The translations under genes and the position numbers were made by a program. From Macrostomum lignano (lineage: Eukaryota): a stretch of 64,000 bases of DNA. Below, in pieces: positions 24,938 to 37,530 of the stretch. The stretch is from contig NIVC01000446.1 of assembly GCA_002269645.1 (NCBI GenBank), positions 248,001-312,000 on the forward strand, read 5' to 3'. The stretch's first letter is position 1. Each line of letters opens with the position of its first letter. Under the pieces are notes generated by a model, which saw only the letters and a list, made by a program, of their open reading frames with translations, was not told where the DNA came from and searched no databases.

Positions 24938-27900
24938 CTAAACTTGGCTAATATCCTGCGACATGTCTCGCATTGGCATGGGCTGTCGGCGAGAGAACGG
25001 CGTCGGCGCAACGGCAGCTCCAAGCGTCATCGACTCCTCAGTCGACGAGGCGGCAGTGAGCGACGAAGCGACAGTAGACGAAGCAACGATAAAGCCGAAA
25101 CCTCCGCTTACGCTGTTGTCTCGACTAAGATAATAATGCTGATGACAAGGATGAGGCTGCGGAGGCTGCGGTTGCTGGGCCAACCAAGATGCCGATTGAT
25201 AAGACGCACTCAGTCCGTCCGCGTCGCCCACAATTCTACGTCGCTGATTCCAATGACGTTGTTTCTGTTTAGGCTTGACAACGGCATAGTAACCAATTAA
25301 GATAGCAACGGTTGCTATGGACGCGACAATTACTAATCCAATACCAATCCAATCGGCTGGATATAATTTCAATTTAGATTTGGATTTCCCGCTACCCAAA
25401 CTGGTATAATAGGCGCCTGGTCCTGTGGCCAGATTTGAGCATAGGTAAGGTAAATTATCTGAGCAGCGGCGCAAACGCAATGACGCAGCGGAGGGCTCCG
25501 GTTGAGTACGCTCGTAGGCAACGCAGACGCACGTCGAATCCTCAATTGGACAATTCCGGCCAATGCTAGGGAGACAGCGATGGATAGTAAATAGTAGATA
25601 GTAATACAATCTAGTCTAATTATACTATTATTATCAATATAAGTCGTATAAAGTCTTCCGCTTGTCTACTTTTCCTGCTTGTCTTCCTGTCTCCTTTCCC
25701 TACCTGTCTTCCTGTCTCATTTCCCTACCTGTCTGTCTGTCTCATTTCCCTACCTGTCATCCTGTCTCATTTCCCTACCTGTCTGTCTGTCTCCTTTCCC
25801 TACCTGTCTGTCTGTCTCATTTCCCTACCTGTCTTCCTGTCTCATTTCCCTACCTGTGTTCCTGTCTCCTTTCCCTACCTGTCTTCCTGTCTCCTTTCCC
25901 TACCTGTCTTCCTGTCTCCTTGCCCTAACTGTCTTCCTGTCTCCTTGCCCTACCTGTCTGTCTGTCTTTTTTCCCTACCTATCTGCCTGTCTCATTTCCC
26001 TACCTGTCTTCCTGTCTCCTTTCCCTACCTGTCTGTCTGTCTCATTTCCCTAACTGTCTTCCTGTCTCCTTTCCCTACCTGTCTGTCTGTCTCATTTCCC
26101 TACCTGTCTTCCTGTCTCATTTCCCTACCTGTCTTCCTGTCTCCTTTCCCTACCTGTCTTCCTGTCTCCTTTCCCTACCTGTCTTCCTGTCTCCTTGCCC
26201 TAACTGTCTTCCTGTCTCCTTGCCCTACCTGTCTGTCTGTCTTTTTTCCCTACCTATCTGCCTGTCTCCTTGCCCTACCTGTCTTCCTGTCTCCTCCTAC
26301 GGTCTATCTAGCTGTCTTTGTACCTGTCTCTCCATGTCAACTTGCGCATATCCTTGATATGCGTAAATAATTTGAATTATTTTAAATTTAATGAAGCTGG
26401 GTCTTATTTTGCCAAAGCGTGCGTCATATCACATCAACTTTATTTTTGGCATCTTGAATTCAGACCCCGGATGCCAAATTGGCACCCCGTTTTTTTTTCA
26501 AGTTGGAATCCATTTAACTTAAAGATCCATAATTTCTGTAAACTTCTCGAATACTTGATTCGAATAATATTGATAAAAATAATTTAATGATTGATTAAAT
26601 CTGTCCTCAATTAGGTCAGATGTGCAACCGACAGCAGTTACCATAAGTGTCTTGCTCAAGGACAAATTGTTTTGACAGGGGTCGGGAATCGGGGCTCCAA
26701 TCTTCAAGCCGAGATTCTGGCGCTCTAACTACTAGGCAGGCCACAACCCCTAAATTATTGATTCTAAGATGTATTTTATAGTTTCTGGGATTGTTAAGAC
26801 TTCAATGCTCTATGAAAAAAACCCGAACTGAAAAGCCCTAGCTATTCCACATTAACATACAAAAACTCCTACCTGACAGTCAACTCCCGACCATTCAGAT
26901 ACTCCGCAGCGGAACCAGCCGAATCGAATCTCTTAGCCCCAATCCAGTAGGCTTGCCCAACAACAGACTGATCGGAGCCTGATAGAGCCGCATCAAAGTC
27001 GGCCAGCGATCGGTGCTGAATAGCCAGATTAGACCGGAGCAGCATGCAGCCAGTGACTGCAGCGTCAAATGACACTGGTGTTGACAGTCTGAACAAATGA
27101 GTATTGCATAAATTATAAGTTCACTGTTAGCTATAGCATGTGTACATCATTACTATATTATTTATGTACATCTATCTACTAAAAATGATTTGCTACTTTC
27201 GGCCTTTTAAAAGGGGCCTAGCCAAGGTAAGTCGCAAAAATGCCAACTTGAATAGTACAGCCTAGTACTAATTAGATGACAAGGCAGTTGGCCTTAATAA
27301 AACAGTAATGGTTACTCTTGCCGTTCACCCAAAATTACGTTAACTTTATTCCTAGGTTTCTCTCATAGGTAAGTCGGCAGCTGTAAATCAGGAGGGTTGC
27401 GCATGCATGAATTGGCTAACTATAGCGGAGAGCAGTCACGTGACGTGGAAGTGCATATTTTATCTTTTTTCTTTCATTTCCAGCTATGATAGCTACGATA
27501 AAATATAATCTCCCTACCCAATAGAGGCTACTATGAGTACTTATTAGAGGCAAGAAAATTTACATAGAATGAATTAGGACTGTTAATTGCTCAATTTCAA
27601 GACCCTAATAGATTAGTTTATGTTGATAAATATTTTTAAGGAGAATACACATAGTATAAGAAAAATACTATAGTATTAGCATACAGAGAATCAAGTTTTT
27701 TCTAGTATTAAAAATAAAAAACTCAAGACATTCTTTCTCACCTTGGTACTCCATAGCAATAATCATCAGACAGGTGCCAACCATCTGGACACTGGCTAGC
27801 AGCAACAAACTGCACTCCAAGCACCAATGTAGCAATGCCAATATTGACAGATTTAATTAGAATTGAAGCATAAAATTGTCTATGGTGAAATTCTGTAGCA

Positions 27901-28319
27901 AATTGACGATAAACTAAACTGGATATGCTAGAATCCCACAATATGACACCATCTGGTGATGATTCACGAAGTACAGCTTGGCTTCCAATTGGTAAACTAG
28001 TGCCAGACAGAACTGTCAATACAAAGTAGCCTTCCAATGGTTGGTCAAATCCTGCCATGACAGATACACTACAGTTGAACAATTTAGCAACGGGTTCAAT
28101 TGAATTTGCTGTAGTTGAATCAAATATCAAGCTTATGGTAGTGCTACTGTTGCCAACTAATTGCAATGATGCTAGCAATTTTGTCCAATCAGTGTCAATG
28201 CTTTGATTACAAACAATAGTCTGACCCAATGTGCCATTAATGGTCACTATTTTGGTAGCATAAGCCACAAGCAGGCATAGCAGTGGTGCCTGCCAATGAT
28301 AGTCAAATTGGCTGGATGG
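24938..28319 (-). CDS. Receptor A: hydrophobic leader - CUB-like - C-type lectin-like - TM - ~100-aa cytoplasmic tail
   Basis: Exons: 28319-27742 (...QCPDGWHLSDDYCY), 27088-26873 (YWIGAKR), 25565-24938 (CVCV...CSDNLPYLC; TM WIGIGLVIVASIATVAILIGYYAVV). Both introns are phase 2 and consistent. No in-frame ATG at the 5' acceptor. Confidence 0.82.
25660..26300. repeat. 25-bp pyrimidine-rich minisatellite (CCTGTCTCATTTCCCTACCTGTCTT) in a receptor A intron
   Basis: Direct tandem units. Confidence 0.94.
26600..26750 (-). mobile_element. Degenerate tRNA-headed SINE fragment
   Basis: Minus strand: TGGCCTGCCTAGTAGTTAGAGCG...GCCCCGATTCCCGACC, followed by GTCCTTGAGCAAGACACTT, a motif common just after the tRNA head of metazoan SINEs. 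Confidence 0.5.
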
Positions 28320-31300
28320 CTGCAAAGTATAATAGTTATAGTTAATAATAAATAAATAAATATTAAAAGAGAAAATTGTCTAATCAATAAATACCATATT
28401 TTAACATTTCTAGCCTGGAGTTCATATGGATAGGCTTATAATTTTGCAAAGATAAAGATATAATAGGTAATTTTGCATATATAAACATATTTTCAAATCT
28501 TCAAATTAAAAAATCTCTATAAGAAGTATATAGCAGTTGATGAATTTCATTTTATCAATTGAAAATAACTATAGATAGGCCTAGTTGATTTTATAGGCCT
28601 AGACCAATACTTCAAATGTGACTCCTCCATATATAGTTGTCTGAATCATAATAGGCATATATATACTAGAATAAAAATTCTAGGCTTTTATTCTGCACTA
28701 ATTTAAATTTAAATAAAAAATATGCCACTAGTTTAAAAAGTAGCTTTTGTGCCATATTTTCTGCAATGTATTTATAAAAACTTACTTAACATTTGACTCA
28801 ATTGAAAATCATTCATTTTTCAAAATAATACTAAAATGGTAGACTTTTTTGGGCCATCTCGTTTGCATATGTTATAAATAGACTAGTTATCCACCAGATA
28901 AACAATACCTTTTCTCTATGAAGGCTAGTCATAAGCCTTTGGAATCAACCATCTGATTGTTCATTATCAAGCAACAAGTATTCTTTTCTGTCAAGTGTCA
29001 AGCTCATCTAGAGTTACAACAAAGAAAGCATGCAATGAAAGATCACCTATAAACTTATAAGAATTTTCAGTGCAAAACATATTCTGCCTTGCAAGTAGGC
29101 AAACTGTCAGTTTGACAATTGACACTGCTCAACCCAGTTGTAAACCATCATCTTGCTAATTTTATTAGCTCTACAAGTTTTTCATAAATTGGCAAAAATT
29201 CTCAAGTATATCTTTTTAAGCTTTAAAAAGTTAAAACTGTAGCACAATGTCCTTTTATATAGCAGCCAAGGTTGGTGATTCCACTTTCAGTGCAAATGAA
29301 AAACTTTCTATGGATACCAATACCATAGTCAAGAAGGTGCACTGTGTGCACTATGTGTACCAGAAATATTAAAAACTTTAATATAGGCATTTTTGTATAT
29401 TAGGCCTAATATTAATATTATCTAAATATACTAAATCTCTAAGGTTTGTATGCTTGCTTGAATGTCCATAATAATACTAATATTAGACCAAAAAATATAT
29501 ATGGCAAATGTATGCTAAGGCTCTATTGGAATAATTGCATATATAATATACAACTATTCACTACACAAAGTTGTTTAATTTTGGTGCCTTGCTACACTAC
29601 TGCAAAAAGTTATATTCATATATAACATTTACTGTACCTAAGTATGTTTATTAACAAGTATTGCACATTTGCAGGATCTGAAATTGTATTCCAAAAGGGT
29701 GCTAAGGTTCTTAGCAAGAGGCAAAAATATACTAGAATTTTTCTAGCATAAAGGCAACTTTTTAGACTATGGAGTCTGGACTTAGGTTAATTTTTAAAGA
29801 GTTTATTTTAGTTAGGCCCTGTTTAAAAATATTAGGCATAAAGATGTTTTCACAATATAAAAGATTAGGGTTTTTGTATTGGGCTTCTAGTAAATTCAGC
29901 AAAAATCTTTTTAGGAGAAAGCCAATTTCCAACAAGTCAGTTTGGTGATAGGCCTAGCCAATTTTGGAAATGCTAAAGTTTAAAGACAGCTACATTGAAA
30001 TTTAATATATTGCCATTAGTCCTTGACATTCAAAATAAAGTAATTTTGTTTTCATGTCAAATAACACATTTTTATAAGTGTGCATAAAAGCTATACTATG
30101 TAGCCCCCTTGGAGTCTCCAAATAACAGCTAGACTAACAATTTGTACTTAAAAAGGTACAAGTTTATAACTATATTAAATGTACAGGGGCTTGAACAGAC
30201 TTCTGCTAAAATTATAAGTTTTTAAACTAAAATTTAACTAATATGTTATATTATATACCCCATTTATAAGAAAAATCAGCAAGAAGTGAGTACACAAGGA
30301 CTACTAAATAGATATATGTTACTATTTTGTCCTTATGAGTGTATTTTTATATAAGTGCAAATGGTATAAAGACAACCATGTTAAAGGCTTAACAATTCCT
30401 CCACAATTCGGTTGGCCATGCGACTTAGTTTTAACAAAAATGCAATGAGGTTTTTGGCCAAAAATGCAACTTACATGTAAAAAACCCTAAGGCAAAATTA
30501 ACACAACTTGGGGTAAATTATAGGAGTAACCATAACTGTCTTATTAAGCCAAAATGCCTCATTAGCTACTTAGTTCTACTACTTAGGTGTTTTTAGGTAG
30601 ACATTTTTGCAACTTCCTTTTCCTTGGTTGGCCACCAAATTGGTTGGCCAGATTGGCTGACTTGGCCGACTGTTGCGCATGTATGGGCCTATGATTTCAA
30701 TAGGCAAAAAACAATATTTCATGCATATATAGGCCTAGGTTGCCAAGCCAAACTGACTAGGCCTATCACTGAATTGACTTGTCAACAAATAGGCTATTGC
30801 CAAATTAATGTAATGGGTTTTATGTTAGATCTATTATTTTATAAAACTTTCACAATATATCATTATATTTTTATATGTAGGCCTAATATATTATAAATAG
30901 AAAAATAGCCTAATAAGCTAGACTAGGCCTAGAAACTAGCAAAACCAAAATTGTTGACAATTTGCTAAAGATATAAATTTGACTAATATATTTCTTTAGA
31001 CTTGATACATGATAGTTTTATATAGCTAGGGGAGGCCTAATTTTGCATAAAAAGTGGCTATGTACAATTAAAATCAAAATCTTTAGTGACTGACAGTAGG
31101 GGCCTGTACTGAGTCTGAGTCTGCTATATTTACTTAGGCCTAGTGAAGGAGGCTAGCCTATGCCCAAAGCCTATATATGGTAGGGCCTACTAGCTAGTAC
31201 TAATACTAGGCCCCCCTAATAGCTAGGCTTAGGGATATTATATAGATAGCTTGGAATTAGCAGCTAGGGACTGGGAATTCACACGATGGCAAAGGCAACC

Positions 31301-32760
31301 TCAAATACGAGGGTAATGGTCATTTCGTCAACTGGCGTTTCGTCAACTCGGTTGACGAAGTGACCAAAGTGTTGGGGCGACTTTACTTTACTGGTGGTTG
31401 ACGAAGTGACCAATGCCTAGGTCCTTCCCATTTGCTTTTTGACGAAATGACTAAAAAAGTTTCATTATATGAATGATAGGCCTAACGTATGTAGCTGATA
31501 TATCAGCTGCTATATCAATGACTTGTTTTATTAATTGCCTTATTTTTTAAAAATAAACAATTTTTGCAATTGGCAAAAAATTGCAATGCCTGAGACGCAT
31601 TTGTTTCCCGATCGATATTCAGATTGATATTCGAAAACTAACAAAATCTCTGCTCTGCAAAAATATTTTAGAACGCCGTTTGACAGGAAAAAAAGTGCAA
31701 CTAAGAACATTGCAACAATTAAGTTTCAGCTCGATCCATCACTCTGGCTCGAAATGGCACCGATTTTCGATGTGCTCCCATTTAAAATACATGTGATTTT
31801 ATAAGGCAGATCGATATTCGAGTTCGCTCACTTTGGCTTGACCATTCAACATGAAATTTTACACACTAAAAAGTGCAAACCAGAAACCGATAAATATACA
31901 GTTTCAGCTCGATCCGTCACTCTGGCTCGAAATGGCACCGATTTTCGATGTGCTCCCATTTAAAATACATGTGACACTAGTTGCACTTTTTAGTGTGTAA
32001 AATTTCATGTTGAATGGTCAAGCCAAAGTGAGCGAACTCGAATATCGATCTGCCTTATAAAATCACATGTATTTTAAATGGGAGCACATCGAAAATCGGT
32101 GCCATTTCGAGCCAGAGTGATGGATCGAGCTGAAACTTAATTTTTGCAATGTTCTTAGTTGCACTTTTTTTCCTGTCAAACGGCGTTCTAAAATATTTTT
32201 GCAGAGCAGAGATTTTGTTAGTTTTCGAATATCAATCTGCCCGGTGTAAAAATCGACGTCGAATCGACTTCGAAAATTTTAGGCCGAATCGACGTCGAAT
32301 GATGTCCCGGTGATTCGACGTCGATTCGAAGTCGAGTTTTTCGGCCTAAATTTCGCGATACTTCCTTGATTTTCGCCTCTGAATGTGCCTCAAAACAAAC
32401 AAAATTCTTTAAAGAAATAACTTAATTTAAATATTCAATACGAGGGTGACTTCATGTAGTATATCTTTTGAATGCGCGGCATTAAATCAGAACAAAATAA
32501 CCGCATAAAATGGAACACAAAAGCTGAAATATGGTTTATTTTTAAAGAAACTACGAGCGCAGTAAAGAGAAGCTTTGGTATATAAATTAACAAAACAATT
32601 ACAACGATTAGAAAAGACAACGCAAAAAGTCGGAAAAACTAAAAACTAAGAAATTTATGATGAATGGACTTTGATATCCAGCGTCTTTGAGAAGCTTATA
32701 TGAGTAGTAGTTCGTATTTAAAAACGTATCATGATGCAGAAATCTAAGCACTCTTAAAAT

Positions 32761-34731
32761 TCACTCCTCATGTCGCTTTGACGTGGCCCTCACTTTTGAA
32801 TCTTTCAGCATTCGCTTAATCTTTTGAGTGATTCGCTCCTCAGAAGCTTGCGGAAACGCCTTGGTTACGGCCACTGAAAGCAAATAAATTCACTGCATTT
32901 TACACGTAGGCACGCGAGTACTTTTTGTGTGACACCGTTTTAACTGCATGGAAATACAATTACAGGTAAATAGACAGGGGCGTCGCCATGGATTTTATGG
33001 TGGGGGGACAAAGCCAAGAATTCTATATGCACATGTACACGACGAAATGCCTACATGTACATTATTTTCAGAATCGGTGTTGTCAGCACTAATTTTAGCA
33101 CTGCAGACACTTATTTTAGCGCCACAGGCACTCATTTTAGCACTGCAGACACTCATTTTAGCGCCGCAGGCGCTATTTTGTCACCATGCAGCAAAAATTA
33201 ATAACGGGCCACAAGATGTCCCCCCTGTCCCCCCCCGTTGGTGACGCCCTGTAAATATATTAGTAGTGCACATTAGTGGTACATTAACGGGTAAATATAA
33301 ATATACGAAGTACATTTGGAAATGATACGTATAAATTCCTAAGCAAAGGTTTGGCAGGAGCATTAGTTCATAACATTAACTTACAAATGACGATCGGTTC
33401 CAAGGTTTTGGCAAATGATAGCTTATTGCCACTTGTTTTTCGTGCTTGCGAATAATCCCTACCAGACCGATTGAAAGCCTGTTGAAACTTTCTTGACAGC
33501 AGAAAGTCCATTATTCTTGCTGTGTGGGCTTCAGCAGTGTTGCCACCAAGGCGTCGTAGCTTCGAAATCTGTAAAAGGACGCGCGTTTGAGTCACCTGCA
33601 ACATCAGTCATTTTTATATGTACCGTACCAAAGAACTTTTTCATGCATGCAGCATAATATTTCGTGATATTTATTTAAAATGATGTTAAACTCATGAAAT
33701 ATGAAGCAATTTTGCGCCCATAAACATTTGATAAAAGTATTGAGACATGAATTGACTTACTATAGCGTTCCGGAAACCAGATTCTTGTAGCTTCCGACAG
33801 AAGCTCTGGTATTCAGATACATTTTTCATCGGAAGGTCACCAAGTGAATCATCTATATGTACCAGCAGTGACGGAGACTCAGCGGCGTCAGATGAGGTGG
33901 TCGACTGGTTCTTTGAAACCATCTTGATGTCGCGCGGTGGGCGAGTAGATGCACTATTCCTGCAGGAACAAGAACAACGCATGTACGAGTACTTTATCAT
34001 GAAGTTTCTACAGCAGGATTTCGATTTGCATTATTTACCCGTATATTTACCTCTGTTGGAGTAAAGGTCCAATCCAGCGGAACGGAAGTCTTTCTCCCAC
34101 TTGCTCACTATTGTTTGTGTCTCCAAATGGAAACGGCCCTGATGATCCCGAGCCGGATGATTCCCGCTTGAAACCGACGAATGTGGCGTGACCCGCAGGT
34201 CTCCAGTTAGTTCTCGGAGGAGAGAATCGCCACTGTTGGAGGTTTGTGGGACAACTCCTCCTTTGTGCATGATATTTTGGAAATCAGATGGGCCAGAACT
34301 GCACGAAACATGTGGCGGCAAACACGCGCTGTGCTGTTGATTGGGTAACAGGAGCAACGGATCTGGAAGCATAGGTCTGGATTTAGGTGCAGGCTTCCTA
34401 GAAACCGGCGCTTCAAATGGGCTCCCAGCAGAATGCACATCGGTTTCATCTGCTGTCTCATCGGATGATGTTGTTCCAAAACGATGTGACGGCACAGATA
34501 TCCGCTTGAAACTCGAACGATTCACTTGTGATCCTCCTCCCCAGCATCATCCTCCTGCTCAGATATATATACAGTTGGTTCAACACCTTCATCTTCATCC
34601 AAGATTGAGCCAAATTGTCTTTCAGCATCCATAGGCCTACTATTAAATTCACGAGTCTCAGAATCCCCTTCTACCTGAATAAAGTCCAGCAGTTTCTTCC
34701 GAATTTCCCTGTTGAAATTTCGTGAGGCCAT
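32761..34731 (-). CDS. Spliced DUF4806-like accessory gene inside the EnSpm-like element; the 5' part may be frameshifted
   Basis: Phase-consistent 3' exons: ~33960-33761 (LPMKNVSEYQSFCRKLQESGFRNAI), 33568-33385 (ISKLRRLGGNTAEAHTARIMDFLL...FNRSGR...KLSF), 32873-32761 (LAVTKAFPQASEERITQKIKRMLKDS). The LP...L..IGG...RIM...N..G...K.F pattern recalls DUF4806. Confidence 0.6.
32975..33251. mobile_element. 277-bp hAT-type MITE in an intron of the DUF4806-like gene
   Basis: CAGGGGCGTCGCCA...TGGTGACGCCCTG termini; 8-bp flanks TAAATAGA/TAAATATA. Confidence 0.75.
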
Positions 34732-37394
34732 GTTAATCTGAAACAGTAAATTGAATCAGTGAATTAAAACAGTGAACAGTAAATTATTTTGTATAAATAA
34801 AAAAATTGGCAATATTGCACAAGAAATTAAAAAGGACTAGTCTGTTATTGATAATGCTTGGTTATTATTTGGCTGTCAATGTGGATGTTTTTTGTACTAA
34901 ATTTTAAGTGAAAGATTCGATGTAAATGTACACAGTTGTACAAATGATATTATGTATACTCAAAAATAGTATTTCCCAACTGTTTGAAATTCCCTCTATA
35001 TTTAAAAAAGATGAACTTGACCCTAGCTAATTCAAACATTATGCAGTCTGTACTGCTCAGTAAGAATAATTCAGCAATAGTTTAGAAATGATAATACAGT
35101 GTTTGCTTTAAATGGAACATATTACTATAAGTAAAACATTGTCTATATCTACAAAAGCCATTTAAAGTGCAATAAAGTATCAAAGGCACTAAAGTTTATA
35201 AAGGATCTATAATAACAAATAGTTAAAGTTTTTATTTTATAGGCCTAGGATCTCATGAATAATCCTAAACTAAAGCCCAAAAATAAAAAATTGGAACTTT
35301 ACAACTGTAAAGGAAATAAAATTTTATGTTCTACATCATTAGAATTCCATTATATAAGTTGATAGAGTGCTTCTTGATTGGAGACAAATAAACCAAAAAC
35401 TTGTTTAGCATCACCATGAGCAATTTGGATTAGAAGCCTATATCACTTATTATCATTTCATTAAAGCTTAATAAAAATATTTAAAAAGTTAAGCAAAGTA
35501 ATAACTGAAGAATTGACATCAATCTAGTTTGGACCCCATAAAAATTGTCATAAAATAATTATGATTTCATAATAAAATCAGCAAAAAACAAACAATAAAA
35601 ATTGTAGCAATTTATCTTATAAATAGCTGAAACAAGAATGCTCACTATATTTAGCACATGCCTATTGGCTCTGTGCTTCAAACAACATGTTAAAAGTGTC
35701 TTTTTAAAGTAAGGTTGCTAATGTGACTACAGCTAGTTAATTATAAAGTTGCAAAAATTATAGAGAGAGAAGTTTTTTACTTTTTTTTACAAAAATGAAT
35801 GTTGAATAATATGGCTGTTGATTAGAACACCCCATGCATAGATGCTATGACTATAGCGACCAAATGCAATGACTAAAATTTTAGAAAAAGTCAGGAGAGA
35901 GCATATCCCAAATGACAAGTTAAAACATAAATAACTTTGTGAAAAAAAATCTGTCGAAAGAACTAAATTAATTTGCTGCTGCATACTGCGAATGCTATTT
36001 TAAATTGATTACTTATTCAGAACTGCATCTTATACTTAGAAATTGCAAACCTTTAAGTAACCTTCTAACTACGAGCCTTTTTTGCCCATGCGATCTAATA
36101 AGCTGCAAATTTAACGTCATTAATTTAAACTCACACCATTTAGTCTCGTGTGCTGCAAAATAGCTCGAGTAAACATTATTCTAAACAAAAAATTTAAATT
36201 AATCTGTTACTAAAAGTACTGCCGTTACGGTCAAGTTCATATTTACAAGAGTAAATTTAATTTGTTAAAACTGTTGATGCAACTCAAATCGAAGTCGAAT
36301 TTTCGACTTCTATTCGGCATCTACGTCAATTCGACTTTAGAAGAAAAATCGACTTCGAATCGACTTCGAATCGACGTCGAATTTTACACCGGGTGAATAT
36401 CGATCGGGAAACAAATGCGTGACTGCATGTCCTGCATTTGGTTAAATGTTTCGATGCAAATATTCTATGCAAATGCGTCACCCCATGCGCACTCATACCC
36501 ATGTGTCCGGGCATTAATGAATATTGAGTATTTGTGTGTTATGCGACCATACACGCGACTACATAACATGGGTATTTCTCCTATCAAAACGCGTCGAGGA
36601 CTGCTATAAAGTCCCCTATATATGGAGCCGTGAAAATTGGTGGACTGTGTGCGCCTCATTCCCACCCCTCCACCCCGCTGTGCACAGTCAACCGAAGCCC
36701 CCGCAGCGAATCTTGATATCCGGTAATGCTCTTGATCGGAGTGTATAATTACGCACGATTCACGCGCGCTCATCGATCGATCATGCCGTACATGTATTAA
36801 GGTATTTCACTCCCTGTCATGCTTAACACTAAAATGTACAATGCACTGTAAGAAGGCACGAGCAGACAGACGCAAAGGCACAGGCAGACGCGCAAACCGA
36901 TCGGCGATATTGGGTGCAGCAGTACCACAGCGGCGTGCTCTTGATTCGTGCATTCCTGCTTATGTAGCTGCACAAGACTTGGCCATGTGCCTAAGCCTAG
37001 TGCTTTTACGTGTAGGGTCAGCAAACTTTTTACCTCAAGGGCCAGATTGAGAACCTAGCGCAATGACTGCCCTTCTGGGTCCGCTTCGCTGGGCCCCTAA
37101 GCAAAATGCGCCCAGGAGTCCCTGATGATTGCAAGCCAAAGGAGGGAGAGAGGATAGGGAATAGAGAAGAGAAATACTCGTAGAAGAAAGGATCGAGAGG
37201 CGAAGGAATAAGGATAAGAGAGTATACGATCGAGAGGAGAGATGAAATAGGAGAGGATCGATCGAGAGGAGAGGAGAGAGCTACAGTACAGCTGGCTTGA
37301 GCTACAGTACATTTACATGTAGTCTGGGGTCTGGGGAGTCCTGCAGTCCGAGGCCAGCTTATGTACAGCTGACCGCTAGAGGGCAGCGTTGTTC

Positions 37395-37530
37395 CAGGCG
37401 AGGCGGTGATCGAGACCGTCCTGCTGTACAACGTCAAGACCTGGACGCTGATGAAGTCGCTCGAGCAAAAAGTTGACGCGGCGCACGCTGGCCTGCTGCG
37501 CGCCGCCTTCAAGATCGCCTACGCGAGTGA
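37395..37530 (+). pseudogene. Short C-terminal fragment of an RTE-like LINE ORF
   Basis: EAVIETVLLYNVKTWTLMKSLEQKVDAAHAGLLRAAFKI resembles the post-RT LLYGxETWTL region. Confidence 0.7.

Larger units (their letters stand above)
32240..36393. mobile_element. EnSpm/CMC-like DNA transposon (CCCGGTGTAAAA termini, 2-bp TG TSD) with no visible transposase
   Basis: TIRs CCCGGTGTAAAAATCGACGTCGA / TCGACGTCGAATTTTACACCGGG with TCGACTTCGAA subrepeats. TG duplication inferred by comparison with the intact host arm. Confidence 0.8.
31593..36421. mobile_element. ~650-bp palindromic element split by a 4.15-kb insertion
   Basis: 31620-31880 is the reverse complement of ~31980-32239. The right arm resumes at 36394 (TGAATATCGATCGGGAAACAAATGCGT). 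Confidence 0.8.

Noticed and set aside
37100-37140. CTGATGA considered as a hammerhead ribozyme core
   Set aside because: No downstream GAAA or flanking stems.
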